Shown piece by piece: positions 1 to 8,408 of a stretch of DNA of 64,000 bases. Below the pieces are notes generated by a model, which worked only from the letters and a program-made list of their open reading frames with translations, was not told the origin of the DNA and ran no database searches. Source of the DNA: Solirubrobacteraceae bacterium (GTDB lineage Bacteria > Actinomycetota > Thermoleophilia > Solirubrobacterales > Solirubrobacteraceae); assembly GCA_035503075.1 (NCBI GenBank), contig DATJTT010000019.1, positions 11,929 through 75,928 on the forward strand, read 5' to 3'. How positions within the stretch are numbered: the first letter of the stretch is position 1; every line of letters starts with the position of its first letter. The position numbers and the translations under genes are program-made.

Positions 1-69
1 GTCTGCGGTCGGGACGCCCGAAGCACCCGGGCACGTGAGCGTCAACGAAGTCGAATTGTTCGCGACCCG

Positions 70-1053
70 CTAGCGGGAGGAGCGTTTGCCGGGCGCGCGT
101 TTGGCGCCTGCGGCCCGCGCTTTCGCACCCGCGCCCGCGCGTTTGCCCGGAGCGCCTTTCGAGACCGCCGCGCGTCCTCGGCCCGCGCTCGCGCCGCTCG
201 ACCACAGCTCATCGACGAACGCCGCGATCTCCCCTGTCAGCCGCGTTGGCTGTAGACGCAGCTCGACCAGCGAGTTGGCCATCAGCAGTCGCGCGTTCGG
301 CAGCTCCTTGACGAGGCCGTCGGCGTCGGAGAACGGGTGCACCGGATCGCGCGGGTGCCCGAGCACGAGCGTCGGTGTCGCGAAGGTGGCGCGCTCGCTG
401 CGCGGCGGGGCGATGCGCCCGAAGAACAGCCCTTGCAGCAGCGCGCCGCTCGGCCCCGGTTCCTGGCGGACGAGGTCGAGGGCGACGTTGCCGTAATGCG
501 GCAGCACGCCCCGCGGGACCGCGCGCGTGACGCGCGCCAGCAGCTTCATCGCCGGCTCGCCGAACGTCAGCATCACGAGCAGCGGCGTGAACGTGAGCGC
601 GCTCCACAACAGGCCGTTGTCGAGCACCGGCATCTCGATCACCATGCCCCGCAGGCGCTCGGGATCGTGCGCGGCGAGCTCCAGCGCGACGTTCGCGCCC
701 AGCGACGTTCCCATCACGACCGCCTGCTCGATTTGCAGGTGGTCCATCAGCGCCACCACCTGTGTCGCGTAGGTGGCCATCGAGTAGCGCCACATGTCGC
801 GCGGGCGATCGGAGCGGCCGTGGCCGAGCAGGTCGAGCGTGATCACGCGGTTGCCGCGCGCCGCCAGATCTTCGGCGAGCGGCCGGTGCATCTCCTGCGA
901 GAGCAGCAGCCCGTGCAGCAGGATCAGCGCGCGTCCGTTCGCCGGCGCGCTCCGGGCGGTGCGCCCGCGCACGCCTCCGGCGCCCAGCGCCGCCGGTCCG
1001 CCGCCGAACTCCGTGTAGGCGATCCGCTGGCCGTCGAGCTTGAAGTACGGCAT
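70..1053 (-). CDS. alpha/beta fold hydrolase
   Basis: LHGLLLS oxyanion region, DLLGHGRS, nucleophile elbow GTSLGA, late DPVHP; low-complexity basic C-terminal tail. Confidence 0.85.
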   Translation of the reverse strand: MPYFKLDGQRIAYTEFGGGPAALGAGGVRGRTARSAPANGRALILLHGLLLSQEMHRPLAEDLAARGNRVITLDLLGHGRSDRPRDMWRYSMATYATQVVALMDHLQIEQAVVMGTSLGANVALELAAHDPERLRGMVIEMPVLDNGLLWSALTFTPLLVMLTFGEPAMKLLARVTRAVPRGVLPHYGNVALDLVRQEPGPSGALLQGLFFGRIAPPRSERATFATPTLVLGHPRDPVHPFSDADGLVKELPNARLLMANSLVELRLQPTRLTGEIAAFVDELWSSGASAGRGRAAVSKGAPGKRAGAGAKARAAGAKRAPGKRSSR

Positions 1054-1142
1054 CAGCGCACCCTACTACGGGCTGGCCGCGCGGCCAAAGCGCTAGCTTT
1101 GAGGTCGATTCAGCATCGCCGTCGATGACTCAGGAGGAGACC

Positions 1143-2120
1143 ATGGCCAGGCAACCCCGCATCCTCGCCGGGCAGGCAGCGGCGATCACCGGCGCCGCGC
1201 GCGGGATCGGACGGGCGACCGCGCACGCGTTCCTGCAACGCGGGATGCGCGTGGCGATCGGGGACGTGGACCTCGACGCCGCCAAGCGCACCGCCGCGCA
1301 GCTCGGTCCGAGCGCGGTCGCACTCGAGCTGGACGTCACCGACCGGGACTCTTTCCGCGCGTTCCTCGACGCCTCCGAGGAGCAGCTCGGGCCGCTCGAC
1401 GTGCTCGTCAACAACGCCGGGATCATGCAAATCGGGCGCTTCCTCGACGAGGACGACCTGACGGCGCGACGGATGGTCGACATCAACCTGCACGGGGTGA
1501 TCCTCGGCATGAAGCTCGCGCTCGAGCGGATGGTCGTCCGCGACCGCGGCCACATCGTCAACATCTCCTCGCAGGCCGGCAAGTTCGGCGCGCCCGGCGG
1601 CGCGACCTACTCCGCGACCAAGCACGCCGTCGTCGGCCTGACCGAGGCCGTGCGCGGCGAGTTGCGCCTGATGGGAGCCAACGTGCAGCTCAGCTATGTC
1701 ATGCCGTTCGTCGTCGACACCGAGCTCGGCTCCGGTCTCGGACACGCCCGCGGGATGAGCAGCCTCGAGCCCGCCGAGGTCGCCGAGGCGATCGTGCAGG
1801 CGCTGCGCATGCGCACCGTCGAGGTGTGGGTGCCGAAGTCGGCGAAGCGCACGAACGTGCTCGGCAACCTGCTGCCGCGGCCGCTCGCCGAGGGTCTCGC
1901 GCGCGCGATCAAGGCCGACCGCGTGCTCGCGGGCGCCGACGCGGGTGCGCGCCGGGGCTACGAACTGCGCGCCGCGCATTCGGAGCCCGCGCTCGAGTCC
2001 GCGCCCAGGCCCGCACTGAAGAGCGCCCCACACCCGACCCCGGACGCGGCGCTCGACCCGGTGCCCGAGCGAGCCAGGATCACGCAAACGGCCGGCGAGC
2101 GATCAGCCGGCGAGCGATAA
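1143..2120 (+). CDS. short-chain dehydrogenase/reductase (SDR)
   Basis: TGAARGIG, NNAG, YSATK motifs; AGGAGG at 1132 favours ATG 1143 over 1125. Confidence 0.9.
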   Translation: MARQPRILAGQAAAITGAARGIGRATAHAFLQRGMRVAIGDVDLDAAKRTAAQLGPSAVALELDVTDRDSFRAFLDASEEQLGPLDVLVNNAGIMQIGRFLDEDDLTARRMVDINLHGVILGMKLALERMVVRDRGHIVNISSQAGKFGAPGGATYSATKHAVVGLTEAVRGELRLMGANVQLSYVMPFVVDTELGSGLGHARGMSSLEPAEVAEAIVQALRMRTVEVWVPKSAKRTNVLGNLLPRPLAEGLARAIKADRVLAGADAGARRGYELRAAHSEPALESAPRPALKSAPHPTPDAALDPVPERARITQTAGERSAGER

Positions 2121-2172
2121 GCCAGCGAGCGATCAGCCGGCGACTGATCAGCCGGCGAGCGATCAGCCGGCG
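2091..2172. repeat. 15-bp tandem repeat (GCCGGCGAGCGATCA), 5 copies plus a partial
   Basis: Units read directly at 2091, 2106, 2121, 2136, 2151. Confidence 0.9.
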
Positions 2173-3044
2173 GTCAGCCACTCGGCGATCAGCTCGCCGA
2201 TCAACGGCCCCTGGTCCTCTTGCAGGAAATGGCCCGCGTCCTCGATCGCTCGAGGCGGCTCGCGGCCGATCGAGCGCGCGAAGCGCTCGCCGGTGCTCGG
2301 CGGCAGCACCGGGTCGCTGTCGCCCCACAGCATCAGCGTCGGGCGGCGGTCCTCGCGCAGCGCCTCCAGCACGCGCTGACCGGCAAGGGCCCCCGGGGCG
2401 TCCGGCGCGCGCGGGATCAGCAGCGGGAACGCCCGCGCGCCCGCCTTGGACGGCGCGTCCGGATAGGGCGCGTCGTAGGCCGCGATCACGTCATCGCCGG
2501 GGTCGGTCTTGCACGCGCGGCGCACGAGCAAGCCCACCGGCAGGTCCTCCGTGCGCGCGACGAAGTCGCGAAACTCCAGCCACGCGTCGCTCATCTTCTG
2601 ATGGCCGGTGAACAGCCCCGTGTCGAGGATCACCAGCCGCTGCACGCGCTCGCGCTGCTCCACCGCCAGGCGCAGCCCGATCGGTCCACCCCAGTCGTGC
2701 ACGACGACCGTCGCGCCGCGCACGTCGAGGTCCTCGAGCAGGGAGCCCGCGAGCGCGCAGTGGCGATCGTAGGTGTAGAAGTCGATGTCCGTCGGCTTGT
2801 CCGAGCGCCCAAAGCCCGCGAGGTCGGGAGCCAGGCAGCGAAAGCCCGCGTCGCGCACCGGCGGGATCACCTTGCGCCACAAAAACGACCAAGTGGGCTC
2901 GCCGTGGAAGAAGACCACCGGCGGCCCCTCGCCCTCGTCCACATGCGCCAGGCGCACTCCTGCCGCCTCGCGGTAGTGCGCGGCGAACGGAAACTCGGGC
3001 AGGTCCGCCAGCGCCCCTTCCGGGGTGCGCACCGCGTCGCTCAT
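2163..3044 (-). CDS. haloalkane dehalogenase
   Basis: HGEPTWS, PDLAGFGRSDKP, nucleophile HDWGG, AGHFLQED; start set at MSDAVRTPE. Confidence 0.88.
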   Translation of the reverse strand: MSDAVRTPEGALADLPEFPFAAHYREAAGVRLAHVDEGEGPPVVFFHGEPTWSFLWRKVIPPVRDAGFRCLAPDLAGFGRSDKPTDIDFYTYDRHCALAGSLLEDLDVRGATVVVHDWGGPIGLRLAVEQRERVQRLVILDTGLFTGHQKMSDAWLEFRDFVARTEDLPVGLLVRRACKTDPGDDVIAAYDAPYPDAPSKAGARAFPLLIPRAPDAPGALAGQRVLEALREDRRPTLMLWGDSDPVLPPSTGERFARSIGREPPRAIEDAGHFLQEDQGPLIGELIAEWLTAG

Positions 3045-3114
3045 CGCCGCCGGAGCATAGCCGCTGGCGCGTCGGCTACGCTCGCGTGATGCATGCGCGC
3101 GGAGACCGGGCGAC

Positions 3115-3396
3115 GTGAGGCTGTACATCTGCTGGGGCACGTTTCCGACGGTCCGCCCCGGCGGGCACCCGTGTGCGAACGCCTACCACGCGCTCAAGGA
3201 TGCGGGATATGAGCCGGAGCTGATCAAGTCCTACGGCTTCGCGCCGCTGCCCGGCGTGTTCAACCGCACGCGCGGGCGCCGCGAGGTCCAGGAGCTGACC
3301 GGCAAGCGCTGGGTGCCGACGCTCGTCCTCGACGACGGCTCCGTGATCGACGACTCCCACGCGATCGTCGAGTGGGCGCGCGCGAACCCCGCGTGA
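3115..3396 (+). CDS. glutaredoxin / GST N-terminal (thioredoxin-fold) small protein
   Basis: HPCANA...[31 protein letters not shown], matching the VP..DS..I pattern of GST-N domains. Confidence 0.75.
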   Translation: MRLYICWGTFPTVRPGGHPCANAYHALKDAGYEPELIKSYGFAPLPGVFNRTRGRREVQELTGKRWVPTLVLDDGSVIDDSHAIVEWARANPA

Positions 3397-3551
3397 GCGT
3401 GGTCGTAGCCGCTGATGATCGGATCCTCATGACGCTCGGCGAGCATCCGCTCGGAGTCCTCGTCCGCGAACGCCGCCACGCGGCTGAGGGCTACCGCCAG
3501 AATCGCGCCGAAGAGCATCACGCCAAGCGCCGAGGCGACGATGATGGTCAC
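3231..3551 (-). CDS. hypothetical small membrane protein, antisense-overlapping the glutaredoxin gene
   Basis: Hydrophobic N-terminal helix [20 protein letters not shown]; purine-rich GGAGGAG upstream; 3' half antisense to 3115-3396. Confidence 0.4.
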   Translation of the reverse strand: MTIIVASALGVMLFGAILAVALSRVAAFADEDSERMLAERHEDPIISGYDHAHAGFARAHSTIAWESSITEPSSRTSVGTQRLPVSSWTSRRPRVRLNTPGSGAKP

Positions 3552-3725
3552 GAATACGGCCCCCTTCCGCTCCTCCGATCGAGCTCTGGCGACGAGCCTC
3601 GCACACGGGCCGGATGGCGGTCCAGGCCGTTCGGACGAAGACCTCGCTAACTCCGTAGGTTTCTATACCGCGACCGCATGTCCTCCCTCCGTAACGCCCC
3701 AGAACCGACAGAAGGGAACACCCCA

Positions 3726-4490
3726 ATGAACATCCTGGCCAGGCTCGATCGGATCCGCGCCGCGATCGACGTGCTCGAGCACCCGTTCTATCGACGCTGG
3801 AGCGCCGGCGAGCTGAGCGCGCCCGAGCTCGACCGCTACGCCGGCGAGTACGGGCACGCGGTGCTGGCGCTCGCGGCCACCTCCGAGCGCGCCGCCGAGT
3901 GCGCGTCGATCGACGCCCGCACGAGCCCCGCGGCCGCCAGCAGCCGCGCGGGGCTCGCCGCCCATGCGCGCGAGGAGGCCGCCCACGTGGCGCTCTGGGA
4001 GCAGTTCGCGCGCTCGGTCGCCGAGCGCCGCGCGCGCGACGCGCACCACACGGAGGCGCGAGCGAGGGGCGTGCGCCAGACGGGCGCGCACCAGACGAGC
4101 GCGCCCGCGGGCGCCGGCCCGGTCCCCCTCGCGCGCACACGCACGTGCATCCGCGCGTGGGGCGCGGGCGAGGACCTGCTCGAGCACCTGGCCGTCCTGT
4201 ACGCGATCGAGGCCGGGCAGCCGCAGATCTCCGCGACCAAGCTCGCCGGGCTGCGCGCGCACTACGGCTTCACCGACGAGGGTCCCGCGACCGAGTACTT
4301 CCGCGTGCACCAGGTGCGCGACCTCGAGCACGCCGGCGCTGCGCGCGAGCTGATCGCGGCGCTGCTCGCCGAGCTCGACGACCCCGACGAGCAGGCGCAG
4401 CGGATGCTCGCGCGCGCCCGCGACGCGCTGTACGGCAACTGGCTGCTGCTCGACGGCGTCGAAGGCCGCGAGGCTCGCGCGAGCACCTGA
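3726..4490 (+). CDS. heme-oxygenase-like diiron enzyme, CADD/PqqC/TenA family
   Basis: LEHPFYRRWSAGEL, EEAAH, LYAIEAGQP..SATKLAGL, EYFRVHQVRDLEHA diiron ligand pattern. Confidence 0.82.
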   Translation: MNILARLDRIRAAIDVLEHPFYRRWSAGELSAPELDRYAGEYGHAVLALAATSERAAECASIDARTSPAAASSRAGLAAHAREEAAHVALWEQFARSVAERRARDAHHTEARARGVRQTGAHQTSAPAGAGPVPLARTRTCIRAWGAGEDLLEHLAVLYAIEAGQPQISATKLAGLRAHYGFTDEGPATEYFRVHQVRDLEHAGAARELIAALLAELDDPDEQAQRMLARARDALYGNWLLLDGVEGREARAST

Positions 4491-4544
4491 GCGCACACAC
4501 GCCGCACCCGCTCAGCACGAGCGACACGGGCGTGGCCGGTGAGC

Positions 4545-5318
4545 TCAGCCGAGTGGCGCGAGCGGGCGCACGGACAGGCGCCACGCGAACAAGACGGCGG
4601 CCACCGACGTCGCGAGGTTCAGGCTCGAGACGCCCGCCCGCATGGGAATGCTCACGCGCGCGTCGGCGCTCGCGAGCAGCCGCGGACTGAGCCCCGCGCG
4701 CTCGCTGCCGAACGCGAGCACCACCCGCGCGGGCAGCGCAGACGGCTCGAGCGGCTCGCCCTCGGGATCGAGCGCGAGCAGCGGCCGGCCGGATTCGCGC
4801 AGCGGCTGAACGCTCGCCAGGCGCGCGACCGGCAGCGCGTAGTGCAGGCCGGCGGCGCCGCGCAGCACGTCCGGATGCCAGGGGTCGTGGCTGCCGCTGC
4901 TGAGCACGGCGGCTGCGCCGGCGGCCGCCGCGACGCGCACGCACGCGCCCATGTTGCCGAGGTCGCGCGGGTCCTCCAGCACGATCAGCGGTGCCGGGTC
5001 GGGCTCGGCGAGCACCGCGGCGGCGTCGAGCGCCGGACGCTCGGCCAGCGCGATCACGCCCGTGGAGGGCGCCAGCGGGGCGAGCTGGTCGAACACCTTC
5101 GGGCGCACCTCGCGCGCGAGCGTCCGCAGCGCCTCGCTGAGGTCCGGTGCGAGCTCGCCTGTGAGGCGCTCGAGCTCGCGAGCGTCGCGCGTCACGACCT
5201 CGTGCACGTTCGCGCCGAAGCGCAGCGCGTGCTTGAGCGGGTGCAGGCCTTCGAGCACGGCCAGCGTCGGATCGCGTCGCGCGCGTCCGAAGCGAGGTAT
5301 CAGCGATCCGTCTTGCAT
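4545..5318 (-). CDS. TrmH/SpoU family RNA methyltransferase
   Basis: LEDPRDLGNMGACVR, LAFGSERAGL, SIPMRAGVSSLNLATS SPOUT motifs. Confidence 0.88.
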   Translation of the reverse strand: MQDGSLIPRFGRARRDPTLAVLEGLHPLKHALRFGANVHEVVTRDARELERLTGELAPDLSEALRTLAREVRPKVFDQLAPLAPSTGVIALAERPALDAAAVLAEPDPAPLIVLEDPRDLGNMGACVRVAAAAGAAAVLSSGSHDPWHPDVLRGAAGLHYALPVARLASVQPLRESGRPLLALDPEGEPLEPSALPARVVLAFGSERAGLSPRLLASADARVSIPMRAGVSSLNLATSVAAVLFAWRLSVRPLAPLG

Positions 5319-5408
5319 CAGATGGTCAAATCCGCGATCGCGGCCTGCGCGACCCTCGCCGATGATCGCACGCCGCCGCACGCGCGAGCCCCCTAGAGTC
5401 CGTGGACG

Positions 5409-6344
5409 ATGCAGCTCGAGGGCATCCACCACATCAGCGCGATCACCGGCGACGCCCCGGGCAATGTCGAGTTCTATACCGGCGTGCTCGGCCTGCGCAT
5501 GGTCAAGCGGACTGTCAACCAGGACGAACCGAACATGTATCACCTGTTCTACGGCGACGAGCACGGCTCACCCGGGATGGACCTGACGTTCTTCGAGTAC
5601 CCCGGCGCGGCGCGCGGGATCGCGGGCGCGGGCATGGTCCACCGGATCGTCTGGCGCGTGTCCGGTCCCGAGGCGCTCGAGTTCTGGGAGGAGCGACTCG
5701 CCGGCAACGGGATCAGGGCGGAGCTCTCGGGCGGGAGCCTGCTGTTCGCCGACCCCGAGGGATTGGAGCACGAGCTCGTGCCGAGCGCCGCCGGGGACGA
5801 GCCACTGAGCGCGCACGCGCCCGAGATCCCTGGGGAGTACGCGTTGCAGGGCTTCGAGGGCGTGCGCGCGTACAGCAACGCGCCGGTGCGCAGCGAGCGC
5901 CTGCTCGGGACAGCGCTAGGCTTCACCCGAGGAGAAGGGGAGCACTGGGAGGTGCGCGGCGAGCGTAGGGGAGGCTTCTACGCCTACGATCCCGCGCCGC
6001 CGGAGATCAATCGCACCCAGGGCGCGGGCACCGTGCACCACGTCGCGTTCGCCGCCGCGATCGAGGACCTCGAGGCCTGGCGCGAGCGCGTGGCCGGGGT
6101 TGGAGCGCGCCCGACCCCGGTGATCGAACGCTTCTACTTCAAATCCGTGTACTTCCTCGAGCCGAGCGGCGTGCTGTTCGAGATCGCCACGATCGGCCCC
6201 GGCTTCGCCGTCGACGAGGACCCGGCGCACCTCGGCGAGGGCCTGTCGCTGCCGCCGCCGTTCGAGCCGATGCGCGCGCAGCTCGAAGCCAAGCTCGCGC
6301 CGCTGCCCTATCCGCCCGCGTGGCGCTTGGCCGCGTCCGGCTGA
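5409..6344 (+). CDS. VOC family ring-cleaving dioxygenase (two glyoxalase domains)
   Basis: GIHHISAIT, VKRTVNQDEP..YHLFYGD, GTVHHVAF, ERFYFKSVYFLEPSGVLFEIAT. Confidence 0.9.
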   Translation: MQLEGIHHISAITGDAPGNVEFYTGVLGLRMVKRTVNQDEPNMYHLFYGDEHGSPGMDLTFFEYPGAARGIAGAGMVHRIVWRVSGPEALEFWEERLAGNGIRAELSGGSLLFADPEGLEHELVPSAAGDEPLSAHAPEIPGEYALQGFEGVRAYSNAPVRSERLLGTALGFTRGEGEHWEVRGERRGGFYAYDPAPPEINRTQGAGTVHHVAFAAAIEDLEAWRERVAGVGARPTPVIERFYFKSVYFLEPSGVLFEIATIGPGFAVDEDPAHLGEGLSLPPPFEPMRAQLEAKLAPLPYPPAWRLAASG

Positions 6345-6370
6345 CCCGCCGCCGGTCGCCGTCGCCCGAG

Positions 6371-7309
6371 CTAGGCGGCCGCGTGCCGGCGCGAGCGCGG
6401 CGAGCGCCGCGCGAGCACCTCACCCCAGTCGGCGTCCTCGATCCGCCCCGGCTGCGTCTGCGCCAAGAACTCGCGCAGCACGCGCGCCACCCCGTCGGGG
6501 TCTTCCAGGTGGGGAAAGTGCGCGGCGTCCGGAAGCGTCCTGAAGAAGCTGTGGGGGATCGCCTCGTGCGCGCGGCGCCCGTGCGCGATCGGGATCGTGT
6601 TGTCGCGCTCGCCCCACACGATCATCGTCGGCATCGTCTCGAGCAGGTACAGCCGATCGGTCGCGCTCACCCGCTGGCCGTGCACGTCGATCACCGCGCG
6701 CAGCGTGTGCAGGAACGCCTGGCGGGCGTCCGCGTTCTCGAGCGGGCGCAGCGCCCGCGCGATCGCCTGCAGGTGCACGCCGCTCGAGATCGCGCGCTCG
6801 CGCATGCGCCGGCCCGCGCCGGCGAGCGCGCCGAGCAGGCGTGGCTGGATCGTCAGCGACAGCAACGCCGAGGTGCCCGGCAGCGCGGCCGTGCGCAGCA
6901 TCGGGCTGACCTCGTGTCCGAGGCCGCCGCTCGAGATCAGCACCAGCCGTTCGACGCGCTGGGGGAACTGGTAGAAGAACTGCATCGCCACGCCGCCGCC
7001 CAGCGAGTGTCCGACGATGCTCGCGCGCTCGACCCCGATCGCCGCGAGCAGGTCGCGAATGCTGGCCGCGTGCGCGCCGAGCGAGTAGTCGCCGCGCGGC
7101 GCCGCCGAGTCGCCGTGGCCGATCAGATCGGGGGCCAGCACCGTGTGATCGCGGGCCAGGTCGAGCGCCACCTGCTGCCAGTGGCTCGATGAGTTGAGCA
7201 TGCCATGGATCAGGACCACGGGTGGGCCGGCGCCCGCGATCCGATAGATCACGCGACGGCCGTGCAACGCGATCTCCCACTCCTCAAAATCTCTTGCCCG
7301 CAGTCCCAC
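6371..7309 (-). CDS. alpha/beta fold hydrolase
   Basis: VLIHG, PDLIGHGDS, GHSLGG, WGERD, AAHFPH catalytic triad motifs. Confidence 0.9.
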   Translation of the reverse strand: MGLRARDFEEWEIALHGRRVIYRIAGAGPPVVLIHGMLNSSSHWQQVALDLARDHTVLAPDLIGHGDSAAPRGDYSLGAHAASIRDLLAAIGVERASIVGHSLGGGVAMQFFYQFPQRVERLVLISSGGLGHEVSPMLRTAALPGTSALLSLTIQPRLLGALAGAGRRMRERAISSGVHLQAIARALRPLENADARQAFLHTLRAVIDVHGQRVSATDRLYLLETMPTMIVWGERDNTIPIAHGRRAHEAIPHSFFRTLPDAAHFPHLEDPDGVARVLREFLAQTQPGRIEDADWGEVLARRSPRSRRHAAA

Positions 7310-7428
7310 GCGCGCGATCGGCCCGGGGCGCTCGAAACCTCCCCCGCGGTCGGGTCGACGGTGGCTTGCGCCCCGGTTGACGCTCAGCGCGACACCTCGC
7401 CGGCGACCCTAGCAAAGCGCCCTCGCCG

Positions 7429-8112
7429 TCACGCGCCCGCGCGCTCGTCCCACAAGCGGATGTTGCGCCGCCCGGCGCGGCGTGCCCGCCGGCGTGCGCG
7501 CTCGTCCGGCGCCAGCTGCTCGTCGGTCGGATCGATGCGCTCGTCGACGTCCGCCAGCGCGTCATCCGGCTCGGCCCACTCGCGCAGGCAGTAGCTGGCC
7601 GAGGCCACGCAGCGGCAGGCGCGCTGCAACGCCTCGCCCAGCTCGAGCCACGCGTCGGAGTGCGGCGCGGGATCGCGCTCGAGCAGCGACGCCGCCCGCT
7701 CGAGCAGCTCGCGAACGTCCCCGCTGAAACGCTCGATCTCCTGCGCGGCCGCCGTGCGCGCGTTGCGCCACGCGCGATGCTGCGGGGACTCCCCCAGCGC
7801 CGGCAAGCGCTCGGCGCGGCGGGCGTCAGCCAGGCGTCGTTCGCCGGCGGGCGTGAGCGTCCACGTGAGCACGCCATGCCGGCGCGAGCGCGCGAGCCAG
7901 CCCTCCTGCGCCAGCGCCACCAGGCGCGCGGCCACATGGCGCGCGACGTGCGAGCGGCGCCGGACGTCCAGATGCTCGAGGATCGTCCACACGGGCACCG
8001 CCCGGGATGCGCGCGCGTCGTGGCGCTCCGCCCGCTCGACGCCCGCCAGCACGAGCTCGTCGGAGGGCCATCCGGGCGCTGGCGCGCGTGGGCTTGGATC
8101 TGCGTCTGGCAT
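7429..8112 (-). CDS. hypothetical protein with possible winged-helix N-terminal region
   Basis: Coding-like composition; L..L..EGWL.R.....W.LT..G pattern resembles a wHTH wing; helical C-terminus. Confidence 0.5.
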   Translation of the reverse strand: MPDADPSPRAPAPGWPSDELVLAGVERAERHDARASRAVPVWTILEHLDVRRRSHVARHVAARLVALAQEGWLARSRRHGVLTWTLTPAGERRLADARRAERLPALGESPQHRAWRNARTAAAQEIERFSGDVRELLERAASLLERDPAPHSDAWLELGEALQRACRCVASASYCLREWAEPDDALADVDERIDPTDEQLAPDERARRRARRAGRRNIRLWDERAGA

Positions 8113-8408
8113 CTCGCCTCCTGTTCGTTCGGGCAGCCAGAGCGCTCGCATCGAATCCAGCCGAGTCCCGCCGCGCACGCCACGGCGCAGCTGCGGGACA
8201 ATCGACGGGCATCGAGGCCGAGCAACTCGGTGCCGGGCCCGGGGTGTTCACGCACCGCCGGGCCACTTGTTTCAAGGACAGCATCGACGCTAGCCCGCGC
8301 ACGCGTCTCGGGCAAGCGAAATTGGTAGAAAGTCTCAGTGTTGGCACATCCGAGAGTCATGGCGAGCACAGATGTGAGCGCCGGATCACAAACGCGCGCC
8401 GTGCACGG

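Noticed and set aside
3726-4490. PqqC or TenA with a TPP riboswitch
   Set aside because: No other pqq or thi genes nearby and no TPP consensus upstream; motifs fit CADD better.
8373-8390. TGTGA...TCACA resembling a CRP site upstream of the decarboxylase
   Set aside because: Spacer is 8 bp (GCGCCGGA), not the 6 bp required; may bind another factor but is not called CRP.
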